Made by a program: the position numbers and the translations under genes. This document shows, piece by piece, positions 40,829 to 52,600 of a stretch of 64,000 bases of DNA. Below the pieces are notes generated by a model. The model was not told the origin of the DNA. It did not search any database and saw only the letters and a program-made list of their open reading frames with translations. The stretch lies in NCBI GenBank assembly GCA_001949185.1, contig BDGG01000019.1, positions 64,892-128,891 of the forward strand. The letters are read 5' to 3'. Every line of letters begins with the position of its first letter. Positions within the stretch are counted from its first letter, which is position 1. This stretch comes from Ramazzottius varieornatus. Taxonomy: Eukaryota; Animalia; Tardigrada.

Positions 40829-41208
40829 TCCTTACTGGCAACAAGTAGCCCGCCCCCACGTCTTTCTTTCTTTGAACCTTTTCATTGCAGTTTTGTTCTT
40901 TGTATATGACATTATTATTTCGGCGGTGTTTGCATGGGTGAACTAAATTGTATTATTCCCAGCAATTATGTTCAAAGAAGTTCTGTTTCGTTTTTTCCGT
41001 ATTTTCTCTTTCCGGAACTGAACAAGGTTTTTTTACATAGTGCCTATTTGAATGTCTCTTAAAGTTCTCAAGCTTGAAATTTTGAAATTTTCAGTTTCAT
41101 TTTTGCCTGTTATTGTTTGACTAATCTGTCAATCTTTCTTCTAGTCTTCGGTGCTGACTATGTTCAATTCAAGTTTCATGTAAATAATTCTGAAGCTGGT
41201 TCCACTAC

Positions 41209-42080
41209 TTAGTCAACTTTAGCTCGATGATCCAGCAGGATATTCAGTGTTCCGTAGTAAGTCCTTATGTCGCCTTCGTTCCGCACGACGATGAGACGGG
41301 TTAAATCCGCATTCGACGTGTAGTTGTTTGTCTTCCGGGTACACATCTGTGAACATGGTATTGGATGACGATGCAGGAATTTGGGCGTCAAGGATTGTAC
41401 CGTTGTGGAAGTGCAGTTGAGTGTTCAGAGTTGCGCCAAAGCTTCGCAATAGGAGTGGATGCCACTACTCATATGTTTGCTATTTTCCAGCGGAGTAATC
41501 TTCGCATGAATATATGCTGGTTTGTACTTCCCGAAGACGCCGAAGCAGCTGGTTATCAGCTGAGCTCAACAGCTCTGTATTGACAATACAGAGTACGCGG
41601 AAGCGGAAACACCCCTCGAATTCAAGTTAGCTAGTTAGTGGGAGCCGCGGGGAGACGCAGCGTACCAGATCGCCATCTCAGGCGGCGCACTTCTTCATTG
41701 TTATCGGCTGAAGGCGTGCGCCACAGATAGCGATCTCGCACGTTTGCTTCCCCAGCTCCCAAGTACAGTAACATTGCATTTGATGCAGCTCATGCATGAC
41801 TATAATACGTACATAATCAGGAAAGAGTGCCGAAATATCGCTATAGTGTCCATCAATGTCAGCTTGCCAGACATCCAGAAGAGCGCGGACAGGTTCGCCG
41901 CACGAATCGTTGAGTGTGGCTGAAGTGAACCATACCGTTGAGGAAGAACCGAGTATGCATCGGGGTGTTGTTGCATACTATCGGCAATGGAGTCCCGATA
42001 TTGATCCCAACAAACGGGCTTCGTGTTTGTACTTTCCCCTTCGACATCGGCTGTAGTTTGGCGACATTCAGTTTTTCCGC
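41209..42080 (-). pseudogene. Decayed tandem copy of the intradiol dioxygenase
   Basis: Frameshifted homologous blocks: CRQTTADVEG / PLPIVCNNTPMHTRFFLNGMV / SCGEPVRALLDVWQADIDGHYS / KPAYIHAKITPL / LNTQLHF / NEGDIRTYYGTLNILLDHRAKVD*. The HxH iron motif has become YxH and the PGRY block is not found. Confidence 0.75.
41640..41760. repeat. Intronic palindromic hairpin family, monomeric copy showing both ends
   Basis: GGGAGC...CAGATCGC...GGCGGCGCAC-spacer-GTGCGCCAC...GCGATCT...GCTCCC. Confidence 0.75.
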
Positions 42081-42646
42081 CACAAGGTCAAGGTTTCGGT
42101 GGCGCGACGAGCTTTTGCGGTAGACCCGCTGTATGGGTCGCTGCCAACCAGAGTCATTGTGGTCCACCAAGATATTTCTCCCTGAGTCTGCATAATCTCG
42201 ATCACTTTCGAGCGCACAAGAATGCTGAGCGTTATTATATTATTATATGAGGATTGTTTACATCAGAGTGTGGTAAGATGACTAACACGTAGCATAATAG
42301 CGCTGGCGGTGTACGGTTCCACCGAAGACGACAACACGATCGCTATCCGATGTAACCGAAAGTTCCTTATCGCAAGTGCAGGAAAGTCTGAGCCTTGTTT
42401 ACACTTCGACGACTGTTTTTCTTGTTGTCTTTTCGCGTATCACAATTATAACTATGAAAAAGTAGATTTCAAAACTACAAAATAACAAGAAGCAGAAAAG
42501 AGAAAACAACAGCTGGGAACGTCAAAAGGGTTGAAACCTCATTGGTCCAAAGGAATATTCTGTTATATAGCAAGCTATGGTTACAAACTGATGCCGTCCT
42601 TCAGCCGAAAATCGTTGGTGATCGCGATGTTGTAAACTTGGCCCAA

Positions 42647-43703
42647 TCACACTTTCGCTTTGTGATCGAGCAGAACATCCCAGCTTCCAATGAAAGTCTT
42701 GAAATCATCCTCGTTGGTCACATGTGTGATCTGACTGGGGTTTCCCGATCCACAGATGCCGCATGAATCAACCGGTTTCAAGAAATGATCTACCAGATAA
42801 AAAAACGCCAACAAATCAGAACCACTATCGACTCGCAATCACACTGTCGATGCTTGTTGCAAAGAACTCATAAGCTTACAGTCCACTCACCATGGGCAAA
42901 GTACAGTTGTGTCGTTAGAGACTTCCCAGCTGGTGTGTTCGACTCGTCCAAGGGGGTGATTGTGAAATGCACATGCGCCGGTCGAAGTCCACCATCATCA
43001 TATCGACCCGGAAGTAGGGAGGAAAACGTGAAGAAACCATCAGCGCCAGTTAACAACCGCGACCGACAAGTCTATAAATCGCATCAACGTCATCGTAACC
43101 ATCCCATCCAGTCGTAGATTCGAACTTACAAAGTCATTTGATGTGGTGGCGCTATTGCTGTATTCGCCTTCCGGATCGGCGTGCCATATATCCAGCAGTG
43201 CTCGAACAGGTTTACCGCAAGGTGCGTCGTCAGTGGTCACTCGAACAGTGCCGTTGAGGATCAAACGATCATTCTTGGGACTGTTGGGACAGATAAATGG
43301 TAGCGGAGAGACTGAAGCACCTGTCGCCTGGATGGGCGAGTTGGGCTTGTAGAAGGGACCAAGGATGTCAGTGTCGGTCAACTTGCAGCTTGTCCGAAGA
43401 ACATCTGTGAACAACCATTCCAGAATTACAAAGTTGAACAGAGCTGGAAGATCCCCGTTCCCGACTGTTGGTCCGGAGGAAACACATGGAAGGTCCGCAA
43501 CCGAAACGTACAAGATCGTCGCCTCAAGTGACGCAAACTTCCAGCTTATGGTGTGGAAAATGTGCGCTACCTAGGCTGATCGATCTTATACGTTTCGTTC
43601 GCGGGTCACCCACATTCTGATTGAACATACCTCTGGGAACCGCATGGAGTTCCTGGACGATCAGCAGGAAGCAGGTGAAATATATTGTAAGTCTAGCAGA
43701 CAT
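42647..43703 (-). CDS. Secreted intradiol ring-cleavage dioxygenase (catechol/protocatechuate dioxygenase fold), 4 exons (43703-43631, 43404-43130, 43071-42891, 42789-42647), ~223 aa
   Basis: Signal-like MSARLTIYFTCFLLIVQELHA; DILGPFY, LILNGTV, LLDIWHADPEGEY, CRSRLLTGADGFFTFSSLLPGRY, RPAHVHF, LTTQLYF. All four non-heme Fe(III) ligands (Tyr, Tyr, His, His) are present and the three GT-AG introns are phase-consistent. Confidence 0.9.
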
Positions 43704-43992
43704 TGGCGAAAAGAGCTCAGTGCTGTACATGGCGACGGGGGATTCTTTGTCGGCTTCACAGCAAGGAACTAACTCGAAGTGTGATTAGATTATTCTTAAA
43801 GAAACATGAACGATGGTGTTGTCACAGTTTGGTGTTGTCGGTGTCGTACGAACCATTATATGGCCTAACAAGCATCAGGTGTCGCCTGACGCAAACATGA
43901 TCGTATGACGACACATACCGGAAAGTGCAGACACGCTGCGTATATGGACACTAGTTACTGCAAGACTCATAAGAGGTTCGTGATATGCCTTA

Positions 43993-44319
43993 CACGCACG
44001 ATGAGTAAGTATGGGACAATAAAAAGTATGGGACAGGCCTTTTCGCTACGGCGGCACGGGCAGGTGATTCTTACTAGAAGTAAAAACCAGCACTGAGGGC
44101 TGCTTTGCTGTACGTACGTGCTGAATAGCAGAAAGCGCGTCTCAAACAAAAAGTCAAACAGCTGATCGGCAATGTTGATGACAATTTTCTGCGGTTAAAT
44201 GTCAATGCGTTACGTCGTAGGCTCGATTTTCATTGCTGGCTCGCATTCAGGATGTAAATTTGCCGTCCTTTCCGCCTGTCCCATACTTTTTGCTGTCCCA
44301 TACTTACACATCGTGCGTA
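43993..44319. mobile_element. TA-flanked MITE with duplicated AGTATGGGACA motifs in its TIRs
   Basis: TA|CACGCACGATGAGTAAGTATGGGACAATAAAAAGTATGGGACAGGC ... GCCTGTCCCATACTTTTTGCTGTCCCATACTTACACATCGTGCGTA|TA. Confidence 0.85.
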
Positions 44320-44929
44320 TACTACGTACGCTATCGCATTCCTCGATGCTTGATGTTGTTTATGTAAACAACGAAATGCCGGTTACGCGAAGGCATTCGC
44401 AACATCGTTTGGCTGACAATAAAATAGCTCGCGAATTTCTCGTAAACACACAGAAACTTCATTGATTTTTTTAAAAGCGAACCGTACCGCGAGCCGCGTA
44501 CTGTTACGAAGAAGAACTTTCAAAAACCAAGGTCCAGAGTAGGGACAAAGAAGTAAAAGACCCACTGTGTGCCCGGTTGGCACCCTTACAAAATAGAATA
44601 AAAAAGACACAATCAAGCTTGCCGTCCCAAGCAATGTTCTTCAACGTACTGACCGTGCGCTCGTAGTCACCTAGAGTGCGCAAGGAGCCGTGGGTCCCCC
44701 TAGAACAGTGCCAGTCACTATCCCATATCCGCCAGTGTGACCAAAGGTACTTTTCGGCATTTGACCGTCAAGAAAAACCGCGCCGCAGGTCAGGATCGTC
44801 AACTGCAGCCTTTCTTCGTCAAACTTCAAGCATACGCTGCCAGGCGAAGCCCACACCACAGAATTCCCCTTCATCCCATTCATATCCGCAGTATGGGGAC
44901 CTTGGTACAGAGCGCGGATCTCGTTACTA

Positions 44930-45099
44930 CAGTGTACCAAACAATTAACCGTCGAAAATGGGTGTTAGAAGGAACCAGATGGAAACGGCCAATGAAATTT
45001 GCGCATGCGGCGGATCAAAAACGTTTTTGGTCATAGGATAATTAAGCTCCCGTTTAATTGTCACGCCCATCTAGCGACGGTTAATTTTTTGGTACACTG
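44930..45099. mobile_element. TA-flanked MITE, family A copy 2 (170 bp)
   Basis: TA|CAGTGTACCAAACAATTAACCGTCG ... CGACGGTTAATTTTTTGGTACACTG|TA; colinear with 6507-6675. Confidence 0.85.
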
Positions 45100-45379
45100 T
45101 AGTACAACCCAAGAAAAGAAGAGTACCTAGCAAAGTAGCGAGCAAGTGTATTCCGTACTTCAGTTAGCGCCGGACAGGTACCCAGAGTACACTTATCTCA
45201 ACCGGCGCATATGTAACCGAGCGCAGGCTGTACGCAGGTACCTAGGTTACTGATGCACGCCCAAGCAGTTCTGACTTTTGACTTTTGGACGATGAAATTT
45301 CATTTCCAGCACATCTGCTCCTGCTGGACTTGTCATCAGAACCTTCCCCCATCTTTCTCCACTCCTCTCCATCCTATCC

Positions 45380-45562
45380 GCAAACTGAAATTTTAAATCA
45401 ACCGTTTGCGACAAAAACAGCTCGTCGTGAGGAGGACTAATAATCCGTTTTCGCTTTCACAGTAAGCTACTCGAGGGCTGCTTATCTTGAAAGCGAAACT
45501 TCGTAATCCACTTCCAAGATCAACACAATCAAAGGAGTCTTACGGCCTGTCATGAGGAGGAC
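45380..45562. mobile_element. MITE family C fragments (two termini in tandem)
   Basis: Right end ...GTCGTGAGGAGGAC|TA at 45437 is directly followed by the reverse complement of the left arm, ending GTCATGAGGAGGAC|TA at 45562. Confidence 0.75.
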
Positions 45563-45595
45563 TAATGCGCTTAAAGATTCCCACCTCACGTGGTC

Positions 45596-46530
45596 TCAGA
45601 AGTCAAGAGCAGTGCCCATTTCTAGACGCTTCTGGTGAGACTCGTAACAGAAGCGGCCAGCTTCCCTATCAGATACTTCTGCGAAGTGACCAATACATCC
45701 TTGACGTTGTCCAAACCGACGCTGGGAAAAGCGTCTGAGTAGGTATACCTGGTAATCAAGACAAGCATGTGAGAGTTGAAGTATGTTTGGCATCCTCGTC
45801 ACCCGTCCATTGTCACAGCTGTCGTATTTGAACAACGTACGTTTTGAGAGACTGAAAGGCTGCAGGCGTAACATCCGAGATCTCGACCACGTTTTCTTCT
45901 TCTCTTTCAGCTCTCCACAAACATGGCGCGGGAGACAGGCCAGCCACCACGAAAGGATTCTGAAAACGGGTGATCGGGGTGTCATCCATAACATCCGGTT
46001 CATCGTGAAAAATACTTCGCAGATGGCCACCGTCCACTCACTTGTGTCCGAAAATATCCACAGGCTTGTTGCCTTCTCCGGAGTTTGCACCAGACGTCAT
46101 GGGGATACAATATGGGGCGCCATAGCCACGCTCGTACGGTTTTAACTTGAGCGCGTCTATAACTCACGGTGGGAGGGGCGACCAAGCTCAAAAAAGACAC
46201 GCGTTTTACACTGTCATTTTCCGCTGTAAGAATTCTCGCCAGAGTTCGTGAATTCTACACAAAGTGTGAAATGAAAAGTTGTGCAAACTGAAACCCTGGC
46301 AGAGCAGGTGCGGTGGTTTAGGAAACTCTGCGAGAAATTCTTGCGAAAAAAGCGCCGTTTGCGTCAAAAGTTTTGACGCAAACGGCGCCTCATAATACAA
46401 GTCGTTCTCCAGGAGAAACGCGATCCCTCTGCACATCTGCTTGGACTCATACCAGGACTTCTTGCGGGCTGCCACAGCAATGGCCAGGGCTGGATGGCTG
46501 AGGCCTTGTCCGACGTTTGCATGTCTCTGA
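45596..46530 (-). pseudogene. BTB/POZ-domain (BTBD-like) pseudogene
   Basis: KQMCRGIAFLLENDLY (pre-BTB), NVVEISDVTPAAFQSLK|TYTYSD...LDNVKDVLVTSQKYLIGKLA, then a frameshift (FCYESHQKRL...) and stops; bounded by MITE insertions. Confidence 0.6.
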
Positions 46531-46726
46531 GCCGACATGGTGGTGCGGATCGGGTGATAACAGCAAAGCTTCCGGATAAATCAGAGCAAGTATTGTTGCA
46601 GGTAACGGAAGACTTAAAGCAGGAATGTGTCAGGAGCAAATTTGGCATTGAAGAGGGAAACTCGAACGATTCGGATTTTTGGAATGATAGTTTCAGTGAA
46701 ACGTTCCGGTTGAAATGTAAACATTA

Positions 46727-47638
46727 GTCCTCCTCACGACGAGCTGTTTATGTCACAAAAGGTTGATTTAAAATTTGATCTTGCTTGATCAACGGAAATC
46801 AGTCGTGAGTGAGGCAAAATTGGGTTTTTCGCGAGTCTCGGAAACGGGACCGGAAATGCGCGAGTTTTGCGGGCTAGGTTTGTAGGCAAACTTTGCCTCC
46901 TGACTAGGCTGAAACTCGTGGTTTTCTCTCTGGCTAGTCTCTGTCTGTCGATATCCACGACACTAATAGGTATCAAGAAGCCCATACACCAGTGTTGGAC
47001 AAAGTACCGGTACTACCAGGTAATACCTGTACTAAGTACCGATTTCGAAGTACTCGTACTTTACCAGGTACCGCCACTCGATACCTGTACCTCACGGGAG
47101 GAATTTCAGGTATTTACCGGGTACTGAAGGCAGACGGTAATCACCGGAAGTACCGCGAGAGTGCTGGACGCTTCGGTTCACATGTCAAAAATATCAGCAT
47201 TTCCGAGCCCAAAACTCGGCGCTGCTCATGTGGGACAGTGTACTACGTTCGGCCGTAGCGCATCTCAACTAGCGCATGGGCGCACTTGCTCAATGCGAAG
47301 TATGGAGCCCACATGCACCTACCGCATGCCAGCGTTATGGGGCATGTAGGTGCGCGAGGCTAAAAGTGCATTTTAAAATTATTTTGCGATACTTTCGGTA
47401 TTCTTTCTGGACCGCACTCTGCCGGCGGTATTACCTGTGAAGCTTGCCAAATAACAATACTTTACCTGCGAGGCGAGCCGAAATACTTTACTTTACCAAG
47501 TACCGAAGAGCCATTACTTGCTCAACACCGCCATACACGAAACGGTATTTCGCAACGTGAAGCACCGTGCAGACAGAGATCATCCTTTTCCAAGATCAAC
47601 ACAATCAACGGAGTTTTACGGCCTGTCGAGAGGAGGAC
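46727..47638. mobile_element. MITE family C copy (reverse orientation) split by a nested hAT insertion
   Basis: TA|GTCCTCCTCACGACGAGCTG... matches the reverse complement of ~29285-29535, resumes after 47530 and ends GTCGAGAGGAGGAC|TA. Confidence 0.85.
46990..47530. mobile_element. hAT-type MITE nested in family C
   Basis: Imperfect TIRs CAGTGTTGGACAAAGTA / TACTTGCTCAACACCG; exact 8-bp TSD CCATACAC (46982-46989, 47531-47538); subterminal GTAC/GGTAC iterations. Confidence 0.85.
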
Positions 47639-48004
47639 TAATGTTCCGGTTCAAGTGTAAAGTGAATGTAAACAAAAGCTTTACTCAGAGTCCCGCGCTC
47701 AGTGCCGGGTGCCCCTTTGTTCCGATTGGGGCAGTCGGGGTAGAACTCACGCGTAGAAGGGTGCCGCAAGCCCGCAGACTCTCTTTGGGAAGACATTCGG
47801 CAAACCGAATGGATCAGAGCCGCGTTCATTGCTTTCCCTTGATAGGGGGTCCATTCGGCGCATTTGATCTTGTCTTACGTAAGCTCCGTTGCACGAGTAA
47901 CGCACTTTTGAGTTTCATCTCTTCAAGTTTAGAGAAGATTCCAGTTGAGCTGGAATATTCTTTAGTAATCTGTACTAATACATTTGGCCATCATGAGGTT
48001 CGAA

Positions 48005-48683
48005 CAATGTTGTTCCGATTATTGTAATTCGGAATCGAAAATGGTCGAATTTGACGATTTTCAAGTTCCGATATAACAATTAAAGCTACAAATTCTGGGT
48101 TGGTCATTTCTATATTAATTGGAATTGAATCGGAATTACAAGAACGAAACGATATTTTAATGTACAATTGAAATCCAATATGTTGATAAATTCGAATAAC
48201 AACTGACACCAAAGAAGCACGCAAAATGCACGTGGATGTATCGCTTTCTCGCCTTGTGAAGCACCGCTAGCGCTTGATTGAGTGACTAACAGTGCGCCAG
48301 TGTGGTTAATTATACGCCTATGCGACACACCGTGGCTCCTTCATGGAGCACAACAGTCCGTATTGACGACAGCCCTGATGAGCCATCCGTACTATGTACC
48401 TTGGGAACGACGTATTCTCTGCGAAATACCAGAGGGTCAGTCTAAACGCTGAACCATCCGACGCGTGTACCGAACAAAAGCTTTTTCATGAAAACTCAAA
48501 TTACAAAACACTATCCCAATAATTCGAATAATTTCAATTGTTGTCGAAACTTGAGTTTGAATCAATCGGAATTGATGATCCAGCCAGGACGAGGTACCTG
48601 CAATTCAAATTGCTGCCACGCGAGGAATTCCGACTAATCGTGATTGCAATTGAATCTGAAAAAGTCATATCGGAACAACACTG
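48005..48683. mobile_element. hAT-type MITE (679 bp)
   Basis: TIRs CAATGTTGTTCCGAT / ATCGGAACAACACTG; exact 8-bp TSD GGTTCGAA; subterminal AATT-rich iterations. A related solo right end lies at ~49140-49321. Confidence 0.85.
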
Positions 48684-49633
48684 GGTTCGAATGGCCGTAT
48701 CAGAAAATTCGAATGCGCCCTACAGCGTGTTAGAACGCACTTGGGTGTTCCAAGTATCGGAGTTTCTGGGTGTCTGTGGCACTTGATTGGGCGAACATGT
48801 ATGCGTATGTGCATGTCGCACGACGGAGAAAGGCACGAGGCATACAGTTTTTTCGCGAATCACACGCGGTGCATCGATCTACGCGCGAAGCTCAAGCCTG
48901 GTTCCGGTATTTTTAGCTACCAACACCCTAAGGGACGTTTCGCGTGTATGACGACGTACGCGCAAGGCTTCAGGAAGCATTACAATACCTGCTTCCATCA
49001 GCCCATCCGTTTTTTATTGCCCTGAGTACGACATGTTCTGAGCTAAACATCCAGCATCCATTCCACGCTTATGGAACCGTGGGCTTAAGTCGCTTTAGAA
49101 CACGATATTTCGGGATATTGAGGTCTCAAAAATGAACCGCAACAATTGAAAGAATTTCAATTGCTGTTCTTTCAATTGCTGATGCGAGCTGAATTCCGAT
49201 TAATTGTAATAGCTAATACGGCCGAGCTGAGTCTCAGACAATTGAAATTGCTGCCGTCCGAATTATTCCGATAAATCATAATTGCAATTAGAATCGAAAA
49301 AGTCATATTGGAGCAACACTAGTGTCTTCTCTAAACTAAAAGAAACGAAATAATACGGTACTCGTGCAACGGTGCTTAATACTTGTGTCTTACCTTTTTC
49401 ATCTGGGCTCCAGGGCTGCAAGTACTCCGCCCGGGGCTGGGCAGGCCCGTTCCCGCCTTTTCGTTACCAGTGCCGCAGTGTGTGATCAGCTGTTCGAAGT
49501 TTGGAAATTTCTGGTGTCTCGTAATCTCTTGATTCCCCATCAGATTTTGCAACCCCCGACCGAAGTCTTTGGCCTTTCTCCTGACCATGTTCAGGTAAAT
49601 CTTTGACGTTCCTGGAGCTTCTCGGCCACGAAC

Positions 49634-52600
49634 ATGCACGGAGAATTGGAGGGAGGAGATCCTGTGCAGGAGAACGGTAAGTCAGTGGCCAGCTTGGAAT
49701 AAAATATTCCATGCCATTTGCGCTGAATACAAACCCTCAGCCTTCTCTAGGTTCCCTCTCAGCCAACCGTCCTCGTCGTGTAAAACCCTCCACTGAAGAC
49801 AAGTTCGAGAAGTTGAGGAACGCAAACAGGAATAAAGACAAGAACAAGTACACGGTATGCCAGCACACGATCTCGTTTGGATTTCTCGTCTTCCCGTTTC
49901 ATGGTGTTTTCCTTCCCTCGTAGGTCAAGCCCGTGGAAAATGTCTATGATATGGTGACGGAAGATGAGTACTCAAGGAGAGTCACCGAACGTCAATTGGA
50001 CAATTTTGTGGAGGCGGATGGCGCTCACATGGAATATGTCGATAACGGATTGGAAATATTTGACGATGCGTTGGACGACGAAAGCTTGGCCAACCGTCAG
50101 TATTCTTCTTTCATATGAACCGATATTCTATCCCGACATGGCTTACCAAAATAAGCTGGCCGCTATTTTTATAGAGAAGAAGACTTTGGGGCAGAAGAGC
50201 GTGAAAGGAAAAGGCAAAGGGAAAGAAAAGCCAGAAGCTGCTGAAGGTCGACCAGAGAGAACATCCAGCGATATTCGCGACTGGATACGTCCAAAAATGA
50301 ACGTTTCGAAACCGAAGAAACAGGTAAGAAGAGAAAAGAGTCAACCGGTCTTTGCGCCAAAATTTAAGTGGTTGGCTTTTTCTTTTGTGTTTGTTCTCTT
50401 CAGTTGACGATCGCAACGTTGGCAGACGCTCCTCTGATGGAGGATCTGCTGGACGAACTGAACGCCGATGGAGACTCCCAACCTCCCATGCCTTCTACCC
50501 ATACCTCACTGTTCCTCGGATCCGGTAAGACTGTCGACAATGTCCTGGCAGATTGCTCCGACGACAGCATCTTCCGCAAGACCAGCCTCCGTAAGAAGAA
50601 GATAGCCCAGCCTGACATACGTCAATCGTCTCCTCCTCGTTTCTCCTCTCCCCTCCACGACTTCGATGAGCCTCCTGAATCTACATCCACTTTTAGGAAC
50701 TCTAAGCGACCCCTTCCAAAAAGTCCAGCGAAAGAGCCGTTCAGAAAGGACTCAACCCTGGAAGAAGAACGGCAGAAAGCCAGTAAGACCTTTAGCTTAT
50801 CTCATTCACCTGCACACGAGCGCAACAATCATCCATACGGCATGAACGTATGCAGGTTAGAGATCCAGTCGCCGTCCTTCGCTATAAACGCTTTCTGACT
50901 TTCGTAGATGCGCCCAGGATCAAAAAGTTCGGAAAAGAGAAGAGTAAGGGCAGCTTAGAAGCAGAAGCGGTTCAGGCAAAGCGCCTGCGTACCGGAGGGT
51001 CGCCGAAGAAGGGTCTGCGAGTAGAATGGGGTGACGACAAGTTTGACGATTTCAGCAACACTTCATACGAGGTGGATTCTGTTGTGGATCACGAGGACAT
51101 GTACGCTCAAATGGCTAGCATGGTCCTTCCTGACGAGGTGGAAACGGCCACCAAACCGGGACCTCGTGCCCAGTAAGTTCTGTTTCCTTCGCCATGATTG
51201 AAACTGATAAAATAGAGTCCTCATAAAACTCGAGGAAATCTTACGAGACTCTTTCTTTTTTGTAGACTTCCAAGCTTCGATAAGAAGTGGGGGAACATGG
51301 ACCAGACGTTCATCAAATTGGAAGATACACAGATGGACATGGATGTTCAACTGGCGGCAGTTCCCACTACCGGAAGTCAGAACAGCTTGCGAATGTACTG
51401 GCTGGATGCGTACGAGGACGCTCACCATCAGCCAGGTATGAAAGCAGCTGCAGAATAGAGTTTTCATCAGGATTTGTGAAGTGCAGTCCAACAAACTTTG
51501 AACGATATCTTTCTAATTTCACTATGAACGTTTATGCAGGGTGTGTCTTTCTGTTCGGTAAGATGTTGGACAAGGACGGCAAGACTTTCGTAAGCGTTTG
51601 CGTTAAAGTGACAGATATCCAGCGCAAGCTGTACTTCCTGAAACGGAGCACGGTAAGAATACTCCTTTTTGTTTGTTGTGCTTGGTCGCAAGACTTCCAA
51701 CGGGGAAATAACCTTGAGTGCCTATGGTGTTTGATATTAGTTTTGGTGCGTTCATAGCGTCTGGACTTGGATGGGGAAAATGACAACGATGAGGAACTTA
51801 CGTTTTCGGATTTGGAGGAGGAGTATGTGGACTTGGACATCTGCAAGAAGCTTACTGTCAAGAGATTCCAGGAGAAGAGGAAGAAGTATGCTTTCGAGAA
51901 GCTGGACGTTCCAGAAGAAGGCGTCTACTTGGAAGCCCGAATGCCGGTAAGAGAACGAAATGCTTCTTTCTCTAAACGACAGAATAAGATCGCTGGTTTC
52001 GCAGTTTTCCACTCCGGTGTTGACCAAAGATTTCGGCGAGACCTTCAGCCACGTCTTCGGTCGCAACACTTCCGCGTTAGAAATCTTCTTGCTGGAGATG
52101 AAGCTGAAGGGTCCCTGCTGGCTGAATATCCAGAACGCCATCCCCAGCAACCCTCGCTTCGGCTGGTGCAAGGAAGAATTGACGGCAGAGTACAAAGGCG
52201 CTGGGAAGCACCACAGTGGCAGCATTGAAATGCTCGCCAACAGCCACAAAGACTCGCCGCCCATGGTCATCATGACCATACAACTACGCATCGTTGTCAA
52301 CGCCAAAACGAAGCAGAATGAGGTATGACCAATATTTACTCTCAATGATAGAATGGTAGCTCGGCAAACCGACTCATCCAGCTCGCTTTCCCAAGCGGCG
52401 CACGGTTCGAGCCAGTAACAATGGAGACATGCTCCACTTGAGACACAAGCTGGACAAGATCGATTTTCCAAGGTGGCGCACGCTTTCATTGATATTAGTT
52501 TGTAGCGTGCGCCACTTTGGAAAACGATCTGGTCAATTTTGTTTCTCGAGTTTCCAAATTAGATTGAGACCTATTCCGGAATTTCTTTCCAGATTGTGGT

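Noticed and set aside
42647-43703. Dioxygenase as bacterial contamination
   Set aside because: It has three canonical spliceosomal introns, a tandem paralog carrying a host repeat, and contiguous animal genes on both sides.
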